A stretch of DNA of 36,937 nt from a virus (lineage: Duplodnaviria; Caudoviricetes). The notes under the pieces were generated by a model. The model was not told the DNA's origin. It saw only the letters and a list, made by a program, of their open reading frames with translations, and ran no database searches. How positions within the stretch are numbered: the stretch's first letter is position 1; each line of letters begins with the position of its first letter. Where the stretch lies: IMG/VR virus record IMGVR_UViG_3300005326_000738, positions 1-36,937 of that record; one strand, written 5' to 3'. Both the position numbers and the translations under genes were made by a program. Shown piece after piece: positions 16,109 through 23,667 of this stretch.

Positions 16109-17786
16109 CGTGAAAGATAAGAAGTTTGACCGGGAGATCGAAAGTCTAAGGGCTCTGATTCAGAGTAAGGCAAAACCTTTTCCAGACGACAAAAAAGCTC
16201 AGAAAGAGCGTGTAAGCAGGGCAAAGAAAGACCTGGAGTTTTTCGGAAAGACATATTTCCCGCACTATCTGGACACTCCGCCGTCAGCGTTGCATAAATA
16301 TTTTTGCCTCCGATATCCGCAGATAATCGCTCGTGCAGTAGAAACCGGCGAGGGAGATCGTGAAGCCGACGCTGCACCGAGAGGTAATGCAAAATCTACC
16401 TGGACTACACTGATCCTGCCGCTCTGGTGCGCAGCCTATAAACACCGTATATTCCCGCTGCTTGTATCGGAGACAGCACTGCAGGCACATGATTTTGTAT
16501 CTTTTATCAAGGCCGAATTAGAGACAAACGAGCGGTTAAAACAGGACTTCCCGGATCTCTGCGGAGAGGGTCCGGTCTGGAGAGCAGATACAATCATTAC
16601 ACGCAATGATGTAAAGATCAGGGGTATAGGCGCAGGACAAAGAATGCGTGGTATGCGTCACGGCTCAAAGCGTCCTGACCTGGTGATTGGAGATGATCTC
16701 GAAAATGACGAAGCCGTTGAGTCACCGGATCAACGCAAGAAGCTGGAGAAGTGGTTTTTTAAGGCGCTCATGAAGATCGGCCAGCCGGATACTGTCTATA
16801 TCGTTGTCGGAACGATACTTCATTATGACAGCCTTTTGAATAACCTTTTGAAAAAACCGGGATGGAAAGGCCAGAAATTCAAAGCTGTTTTGAAATGGTC
16901 GCAGTCTAAGTTATGGGATGCCTGGGAAGCAATATTCTCAGATATTACAATCGGCAAGGGAGAAGCAGAAAACCGTGCTGACGATTTTTACTTGCAGCAT
17001 CTTGGGGAAATGACCGCAGATACGGAAGTGCTCTGGCCGGAAAGGGAGAATTATTACTACCTCATGAAAATGCGAGTGTCTGAAGGCCGTGCATATTTCG
17101 ATAGTGAAAAACAGAATGAGCCGATTAATCCGGAAGATTGTTTCTTTAAAGAAGAAGATATTGCCTACTGGGGCGACGAAGATAACGACGTTGATCTTAC
17201 CGGTATACCGCTTGTCGGCGTGGTAGATCCGTCTATGGGCAAGAAATCAAAGCGCCACGATCCATCGGCAATTGTCGCGGGCAGGTACAAAAACGGACGT
17301 ATTTATCTTGAGATTGCCGATATTGAGAAACGGGTACCCGACAGGATCATAGACGATATTCTCGTATATCATGAACGGAATGTGTTCAATATCTTCGGTG
17401 TGGAATCAATCCAGTTTCAGGAATTCTTTGCCACTACACTTGCCAATGAGGCACATAAAAGAAACCTGACGCTTAACGTGGTGGAATTAAAACCACACGT
17501 AGATAAAATGCTCCGGATACAGACCCTTCAGCCCTGGATAAAAAACGGCTGGATCATCTTCCGCCGCAACATGCGGGCGCTAATTGATCAGCTCATACAC
17601 TATCCCATGGGAGACCATGACGATGGGCCCGATGCGCTTGAGCAGTTAAAGAGTCTGATCGAGGCAGGTTTTGTGGTTGCAACCTCGGTAAACAGCGAGT
17701 CAGTGGATGATGATTACCATGCCGAGAGACCGCGCTTAGGCAGGATACGAGACCATTACGGCAGAAATCAAAGGAGAGCCGCATGA
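16098..17786 (+). CDS. terL: Terminase large subunit
   Basis: APRGNAKST (Walker A), RPDLVIGDDLEND (Walker B), VGTILHYDSLL, nuclease VDPS...HDDGPDAL. Confidence 0.95.
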   Translation: MPLSVKDKKFDREIESLRALIQSKAKPFPDDKKAQKERVSRAKKDLEFFGKTYFPHYLDTPPSALHKYFCLRYPQIIARAVETGEGDREADAAPRGNAKSTWTTLILPLWCAAYKHRIFPLLVSETALQAHDFVSFIKAELETNERLKQDFPDLCGEGPVWRADTIITRNDVKIRGIGAGQRMRGMRHGSKRPDLVIGDDLENDEAVESPDQRKKLEKWFFKALMKIGQPDTVYIVVGTILHYDSLLNNLLKKPGWKGQKFKAVLKWSQSKLWDAWEAIFSDITIGKGEAENRADDFYLQHLGEMTADTEVLWPERENYYYLMKMRVSEGRAYFDSEKQNEPINPEDCFFKEEDIAYWGDEDNDVDLTGIPLVGVVDPSMGKKSKRHDPSAIVAGRYKNGRIYLEIADIEKRVPDRIIDDILVYHERNVFNIFGVESIQFQEFFATTLANEAHKRNLTLNVVELKPHVDKMLRIQTLQPWIKNGWIIFRRNMRALIDQLIHYPMGDHDDGPDALEQLKSLIEAGFVVATSVNSESVDDDYHAERPRLGRIRDHYGRNQRRAA

Positions 17787-19243
17787 GCTGGTGGAACAAT
17801 ATACCCTGGTTAAATAATGCGGCAAAGCCGCAGGAAACCGCGAAGCGAGTATCCGCTGCAAGCAGTTCCTTGTCTGCACCTTCCGCTGAGGATATTCAAT
17901 GGCGGAAACTGACCGGCAATGACGAGCGGAGCCTGCTGCCCGTAACTCAGGATCGCATGATCGAGATAGCCTACTGGCTGATCGAGACAAACCCCCTTGC
18001 CGGATGGCTGGTGGACGTCACGACGGCTTTTATTCTGGCGGAGGGCATACCATATGAGGCTAAGCATCCAGAGACGAAAGCTGTTCTTGACGGCTTCTGG
18101 CACAATCCTGTTAACAGGATGCCTTTATATTTTCCAAAGCATGTGAATGAACTCCAGATATTCGGAGAGTTATGTCTTCCGGCATTTACGGCAAAACAGA
18201 CAGGCCGGGTGCAGCTTGGTTACATCGACCCCGCACGGATCGACATGGTTGTCACCGACCCGGAGAATGTCAGGATGATTATAGGCGTTTTAACAAAGTC
18301 CTGGACGGGTATGATCGGAGGAAATGCCGTTAATACGGAACCCAAACAATATATGACAATCCTGCCTGAAGAGGCGGAATATATGCTGTCGCCTGCGGCT
18401 CAGCAACTGCGGGAACAATTCACCGACGGAGAGTGCTTTTACTGGGCAATAAATAATGTTACCAATTCTCCCAGAGGCAGGTCATCATTCCTGTCCGTTG
18501 CAGACTGGCTCGATGTATATGAGCAATTTCTGTTTGATTACTCGGATAAATGGCCGCAGTTCAATTCGTTTATCTGGGATTTGCAGGTAGATGGCGGCGA
18601 TGATACTGCCATCAAAGAACAACTTAAAAACCTGTCAAAGAAGTCCGGTTCAGCCTTTGGACACAATGAAAAAGTAAAGCTCCAGGCAATAACGCCGGAT
18701 TTAAAATCAGCGGATGCAAAAGAAGGCGCACGGCTTTTCAGGAATCATATCCTGGGCAGATGGGGTTTCCCGGAACACTGGTATGGAGGCGGCGGGGATG
18801 TAAACCGCGCCACAGCATCAGAGATGGATATGCCCGCGCTCAAAATCATGAGCCAGAAACAATTGACCGTGAAATACATCATCGAGGACATGCTGGGCTA
18901 TCAGATCCGGCAGGCCCGCAACGCCCGGTATCTCAGGGTAACCGATGACGACGCCAAATTCAGCACGAGCACCCCGGAGATGGGCACAAAGGATATTGCT
19001 AAGATGAGTACGGCAGCTCAGCAGATGGGCACAGCCTGTGTCACAGCGGAAATGCAGGAGTGGGTGGATAAAGATACTGCGCGGAGGATATTTGCAAGCG
19101 TGGTCTCGTTTACAGGCGTGGATATGGATTTTGAGGAGATAAAAAAGAACCTGGAAGAGCAGGAAGTGAAAAAAGGATATGAGGATTATAAAAACCCTAA
19201 GAAAGATAGCAAGCCGGATTTGAAGATTGTGGAGGGTGAATGA
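17783..19243 (+). CDS. Portal protein
   Basis: 486 aa directly after terL; ELQIFGEL, PRGRS, GFPEHW.G.G.DVNRATA.EM portal-like motifs. Confidence 0.85.
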   Translation: MSWWNNIPWLNNAAKPQETAKRVSAASSSLSAPSAEDIQWRKLTGNDERSLLPVTQDRMIEIAYWLIETNPLAGWLVDVTTAFILAEGIPYEAKHPETKAVLDGFWHNPVNRMPLYFPKHVNELQIFGELCLPAFTAKQTGRVQLGYIDPARIDMVVTDPENVRMIIGVLTKSWTGMIGGNAVNTEPKQYMTILPEEAEYMLSPAAQQLREQFTDGECFYWAINNVTNSPRGRSSFLSVADWLDVYEQFLFDYSDKWPQFNSFIWDLQVDGGDDTAIKEQLKNLSKKSGSAFGHNEKVKLQAITPDLKSADAKEGARLFRNHILGRWGFPEHWYGGGGDVNRATASEMDMPALKIMSQKQLTVKYIIEDMLGYQIRQARNARYLRVTDDDAKFSTSTPEMGTKDIAKMSTAAQQMGTACVTAEMQEWVDKDTARRIFASVVSFTGVDMDFEEIKKNLEEQEVKKGYEDYKNPKKDSKPDLKIVEGE

Positions 19244-19395
19244 CCCGCAAAACCCCCGCGGAAATCGCTATTGACATAGTTATAACACGTGTCAATGGAT
19301 TTATGCGGATATTTGCCCTCATGAAAGAGTCAAATGCGTCACAACGCAAATATGCCCCCTTATGGGGACAGGCGGATCGGTCATGCCTGAAGTGA
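19240..19395 (+). CDS. Possible 51-aa ORF over a palindrome-rich segment
   Basis: GGAGG + ATGA overlap; the segment may be mainly non-coding. Confidence 0.3.
   Translation: MTRKTPAEIAIDIVITRVNGFMRIFALMKESNASQRKYAPLWGQADRSCLK
19355..19372. repeat. 18-bp hairpin-ACAGG element
   Basis: CCCCCTTATGGGGACAGG; 16/18 identical to 7697-7714. Confidence 0.75.
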
Positions 19396-20246
19396 CAAAA
19401 GAGATAAAACGGATTCTAAAAGAAAAAGATCGCGGCATCCTGACGGGGACGGAGGCTATGCTGGGCATCATGAAAAATCTACACGGTCAGATTACTGACG
19501 AGATAGGCCGGGCCGCGCTCGGATCATGGGATTCGTATTCTTTAAAAAAGCTCCTTGATAGCCTGGAGATCCGCATAGCAGATTATGAAGGCACAGCTAC
19601 GCGCGAATTGTCGGGCCAGCTTGATAACATGTGGAACAAAGGCAGTGAACTGGTGAGTTCGGCATTGCGCACCGGGGGTTTAGGAATAGGACAGATAGGA
19701 CTTATGGGACATATAAATATTTCTATAAGCTCTCTGGATGCATTGAAAGATTATTCGAATTCATATCTGGAAAAGCTCTTCGGGGATACATGGTTTCAGA
19801 TCAAAGGTGAGATTAATCTGGGGATCCTCGGCGCAAAAACTCCGCAGGAAGTATCAGCTTCAATAGGCACGACAATAGACAAGGGCAAATTCGCAAACAT
19901 CGCGCTGCGAGCTGAGACGATCACGGAGACGGAAATGGGGAGAATATTTTCAGAGGCCACACAGTTCCGGATGAATGAAGCGATGCAACATGTTGAAGGT
20001 TTGGAAAAGCAGTGGATACATGCAGGGCATCCGAGAGCGCCGAGACTATCACACATGGCAGCATCCGGGCAGCATGTGCCGGTGGATCAGCCATTTATGG
20101 TGGACGGGATCCCGATGATGTTCCCGCGGTCTCCGGATGCACCGCTCAGTGAAGTAATCCATTGCGGCTGTGATCATGTACCGTATCACCCGTCCTGGGG
20201 ACCTCCGAGTTCGGGTATCGCGGAATCAATTTTAGGTGCAAGGTGA
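19383..20246 (+). CDS. Minor head protein, Mu gpF / SPP1 gp7 family
   Basis: RAETITETEM...KQWIH...R.SH...GQ...DQPF...MFP..P....EVIHCGC. Confidence 0.88.
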   Translation: MPEVTKEIKRILKEKDRGILTGTEAMLGIMKNLHGQITDEIGRAALGSWDSYSLKKLLDSLEIRIADYEGTATRELSGQLDNMWNKGSELVSSALRTGGLGIGQIGLMGHINISISSLDALKDYSNSYLEKLFGDTWFQIKGEINLGILGAKTPQEVSASIGTTIDKGKFANIALRAETITETEMGRIFSEATQFRMNEAMQHVEGLEKQWIHAGHPRAPRLSHMAASGQHVPVDQPFMVDGIPMMFPRSPDAPLSEVIHCGCDHVPYHPSWGPPSSGIAESILGAR

Positions 20247-20530
20247 AAGATAAAAGAAAAATGATGATCAGGTGCTTCATAGTAATCGCAATACTTTTTA
20301 TCTCAGGTGTTTGCGTCTTTGATAATACGTCATCCGGATCAAATGCGGAGGCTGTGTCTTATAACGTCAACGAACCTTACATATCGTGGAATAGAGTGCA
20401 ATGGATTACCGAGGTGGGCATATTGAAAATCCTGGCGCTGGATGAGACTGCCAAATATATGAGCAGGCTCAGTGATAAGTTCTATGGCTGTGGAATCCTT
20501 ACAGGATGTGACAAATACAGCGAGAAGTAA
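20243..20530 (+). CDS. Small exported or membrane-anchored hypothetical protein
   Basis: Basic N-terminus plus hydrophobic CFIVIAILFISGVCVF; GTGA overlap. Confidence 0.55.
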   Translation: MKDKRKMMIRCFIVIAILFISGVCVFDNTSSGSNAEAVSYNVNEPYISWNRVQWITEVGILKILALDETAKYMSRLSDKFYGCGILTGCDKYSEK

Positions 20531-20566
20531 AAAGATTTAACGTACAAAATAAAGGAGGGATAAACC

Positions 20567-20839
20567 ATGGCTGAGGTAGAACAAAAACATTTAGCAGGAT
20601 TGCAGTTCAGAACATCGGTACTGAAAGAAGTTGCCGATGATGGGAGAAAAAAGAAGAGGCATTTTTCTGTTGAAAGGCAGTTAAAGACCTCCGACCTACT
20701 CACACAGAGAGACGACGGCGATACATTCCACATAGTGACAAAAGACGGCCAGAAATACAACATTCCTAAAACGCCCGCAAAAAATGCCGGTAAGGATTCC
20801 GGCGAGGATGCCGGTAAGGAAACAGGCAAGGAGGCGTAG
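20567..20839 (+). CDS. Hypothetical head-region protein
   Basis: AAGGAGG RBS; 90 aa with repeat tail. Confidence 0.75.
   Translation: MAEVEQKHLAGLQFRTSVLKEVADDGRKKKRHFSVERQLKTSDLLTQRDDGDTFHIVTKDGQKYNIPKTPAKNAGKDSGEDAGKETGKEA
20786..20833 (+). repeat. 4 x 12-bp in-frame tandem repeat
   Basis: GCCGGTAAGGAT TCCGGCGAGGAT GCCGGTAAGGAA ACAGGCAAGGAG (AGKD SGED AGKE TGKE). Confidence 0.8.
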
Positions 20840-20842
20840 GCG

Positions 20843-23113
20843 ATGCTGAGTTTCAGCGAAATAAGACGAGCTCTGTGTGATGCGTTTACCGCGGCGTTCC
20901 CGAATTCAAGGGGCGATGTAATCGACGTTTATGCGGATCACTGCATTATCTCTGACGGGTCTGGGGCGCTCTATGAAGTGCCGTACACCCTTGACGAAAC
21001 CGACAAGGTTATAACCGGAGACATGGCAAAGGTACGCAGACAGGTGGATTATGTAAGAGTTGCCGCGGCAGCGAGACTCTTGTCAGCAGTTGATAATGCC
21101 TTAGATGCGGAAAAAGGATATCAATGGCATGTCCAGATCATAGATGCCGGACAGGACAAACAGGGCAATGTGGAATACCCCTATGATGTGCTGAAAGCCG
21201 CTGTCCCGTTGTACGATGGTGCAAGAGTTTTTGCTTTGACTCAGGGGCAACACGCGAATCCGAAAAACCCCTTCGGGAAATCAATACGTGACCTGGTGGG
21301 CTGGATATCGGATGTAAAACCGAATACTACCGGCATTGAGGGCACACTTAATCTGCTCAAATCCGCAGCATGGCTTCGCGATGATCTGATAGATGCGTTC
21401 AGCAAGGGGAAAACCGATCTGATCGGCTTATCACATGATGTTATGGGCAAAGTAGCTAAAGGAAAAAGGATTGTAGAATCCATTGTCAAAGTGGATTCCG
21501 TTGATGTAGTGTATGACCCCATCGGAGGGGGAAAATTTATCAGAATGGCCGCAGCCGGGCAAACCGGGCAGGCCGAAAAGGAGGTAGCAATGTTTGAAAA
21601 ATTGTTAGCAGCATTGGCAACCGCCCGCCCCGGAGAGTTTCAGCAGCTTGTAGCGGCGGGCAAAGTGGCAGATGGTAAGGCTGTGGAGGGTAAAATCACG
21701 GAAGATGAAATTCTCGCAATTCTGGCAGCCGCGCCTGCGGTACCGGCAGCACCGAACAACGACGAAGCGAAGCAGATTCTTGAGCAAACCAGAATTGCAG
21801 CCTGCGGGATTATACTGGTTGGCGATCTGAATGAAAGCGGCCTCCCGCTTCTGGCAATCAACAGAATTAAGAAAACTTTTGAAGGGAAAGTTTTTGAACC
21901 CGTGGCCCTTCAGGCGGCAATCAGAGAGGAAAAGGAATATCTCGACAAGCTGACCGGCAGCGGAATTGTAACCGATTCAGGCCAGACCAGAATTGGCGCT
22001 GAGGAACCTGAGAAGATTCAGGCAGCTTTTGATAAGTTGCTCGGGGTTGTAGTAGACGATAAATTTAAAGATGTCAAATCCATGGAATCATTGCGGGCTG
22101 CATACATACGGATTACCGGAGATCAGGATGTAAGCGGCAGGCCGACAAGAGAAGGTATTAAACTCGGTGAGGCAATAATGGAGATGCTCCGGTTGCCTGC
22201 GGCATACAGCTCATCCTCATTCAGTTTTGTGCTTGGAACATCCATGTACCGGAGGCTTGTCCAGGATTATAAAGGTGTAGATTACGGCGAACAGGTTCTT
22301 GTCAGTTATGCAAGACGCGCCGTAGATTTTAAGACCATGGAATCCATCAGGGTCGGGTATTATGGCGATCTACCGGATGTGGACCCCGAGGCTGCGGACT
22401 ATACGGAACTGACAAATGTTACGGATGAGGAAGTAACCTTTGCCCTGAACCAGAAGGGCGGAATTGTTACAATAAGCCGTAAGACAATTCTGAATGATGA
22501 TCTTCGAGCCCTTCAAAAGATACCTTCCAGGCTGGGCAGAGCTGCAAAAAGGACAAAAGCTCAGCGCATCTGGAATAAGATCATCAACAATTCAACATAC
22601 AAAGGCGACAGCAAGGCGCTATTTCATGCAGATCACGGCAACCTTGGCGCGGTGACTCTCACTAACGACACCACCGGCATTGCGACCCTGACTAATCGTC
22701 TTGTGGCCATGTATAACCAGACCGAACAGGACTCCGGCAAAAAGCTGGCCCTTGAGGCAATGTATGAATGGGTGCCGAGAGAGTTATATGAAGTAGCCTG
22801 CGGGCTCAATTCTCCATGGCCTGGTGTGGCCGGAGGCAATCCTCATGCGGGCAGATTCGGCACAAACCATGAAAGGATTATCAAAAATGCGCTCACTACA
22901 GACACAAATGACTGGGGCCTGATAGCCGACAAAAACGACGTAGAGCTGCTGGAAGTGGCAAGCATGAACGGGCAGGAAGAGCCGGAGTTCTTTGTAGCAG
23001 ACAATCCATTGGTGGGCCAGATGTTCCTTGCTGATGAACTGAAGTATAAAATCCGCCACGAGTATGAAGTAGAAATCGACGACTACAGAGGGTTTGACAA
23101 GAGCGTAATATAG
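20843..23113 (+). CDS. Prohead protease-scaffold-major capsid fusion (Mu gpT-like capsid)
   Basis: Protease (H...SIRDLVG...IGLSH...SVDVVYDP), Ala-rich scaffold, then capsid motifs DFK, ISRKTILNDDL, LGRAA, LFHADHGNL, DYRG. Confidence 0.9.
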   Translation: MLSFSEIRRALCDAFTAAFPNSRGDVIDVYADHCIISDGSGALYEVPYTLDETDKVITGDMAKVRRQVDYVRVAAAARLLSAVDNALDAEKGYQWHVQIIDAGQDKQGNVEYPYDVLKAAVPLYDGARVFALTQGQHANPKNPFGKSIRDLVGWISDVKPNTTGIEGTLNLLKSAAWLRDDLIDAFSKGKTDLIGLSHDVMGKVAKGKRIVESIVKVDSVDVVYDPIGGGKFIRMAAAGQTGQAEKEVAMFEKLLAALATARPGEFQQLVAAGKVADGKAVEGKITEDEILAILAAAPAVPAAPNNDEAKQILEQTRIAACGIILVGDLNESGLPLLAINRIKKTFEGKVFEPVALQAAIREEKEYLDKLTGSGIVTDSGQTRIGAEEPEKIQAAFDKLLGVVVDDKFKDVKSMESLRAAYIRITGDQDVSGRPTREGIKLGEAIMEMLRLPAAYSSSSFSFVLGTSMYRRLVQDYKGVDYGEQVLVSYARRAVDFKTMESIRVGYYGDLPDVDPEAADYTELTNVTDEEVTFALNQKGGIVTISRKTILNDDLRALQKIPSRLGRAAKRTKAQRIWNKIINNSTYKGDSKALFHADHGNLGAVTLTNDTTGIATLTNRLVAMYNQTEQDSGKKLALEAMYEWVPRELYEVACGLNSPWPGVAGGNPHAGRFGTNHERIIKNALTTDTNDWGLIADKNDVELLEVASMNGQEEPEFFVADNPLVGQMFLADELKYKIRHEYEVEIDDYRGFDKSVI

Positions 23114-23130
23114 ACAACAAAAGACAGAAA

Positions 23131-23170
23131 AATAAGTCCTATAAGCCGTACATGGCCTATAGGACTTATT
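23131..23170. other. Strong intergenic hairpin after the capsid gene
   Basis: AATAAGTCCTATA / TATAGGACTTATT perfect 13-bp stem with further GCC/GGC pairing; followed by A-tract on +. Confidence 0.8.
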
Positions 23171-23196
23171 AAAAAAGTAAAACAAGGAGGTTCGAA

Positions 23197-23667
23197 ATGA
23201 ACAAAGTCAAAAGAAGTTTGATAATGATAATGGCGATGACAGCGTTTGTGCTTGTAATGTTTGCTGTACCTTTTCCGGGTATGGCTGCAACGTCTAATCC
23301 GTCATCGGGATCCACCGGATATGAAACGGTTGTCTTGCACATGCCGGGCACATATTCAAGTACTGTGACACCGATCAAATTCAAAGCCCCCTGGCCATAC
23401 AGAGTGATATCTATTTCCGCCTATGCACGAGCTCTCAACACTGTCGGGACAGGAACATATACTGTGGATGTAAAGCAGGGCTCTACGTCGCTGCTCTCGA
23501 CCGCCATACCAATTCCCAGCCTGGAATATGACACGATAATTGACGGCACGCTGGCTACAACCCCTACTATTACAGATGAAGCTACGGTGAGTGTGTTGCT
23601 TACGCTGGGCGGTACATCGCCCGAGATGACGGATGTTACCGTACTGATGGCGGTGAAAAGACAGTGA
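23197..23667 (+). CDS. Signal-peptide-bearing Ser/Thr-rich beta protein in the capsid decoration slot
   Basis: AAGGAGGT RBS; MNKVKR + hydrophobic core + GMA|A cleavage; mature part ATSNPSSGSTG then a beta-rich domain (P.PYRVISISA...TVDVKQGSTSLLST). Confidence 0.75.
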   Translation: MNKVKRSLIMIMAMTAFVLVMFAVPFPGMAATSNPSSGSTGYETVVLHMPGTYSSTVTPIKFKAPWPYRVISISAYARALNTVGTGTYTVDVKQGSTSLLSTAIPIPSLEYDTIIDGTLATTPTITDEATVSVLLTLGGTSPEMTDVTVLMAVKRQ

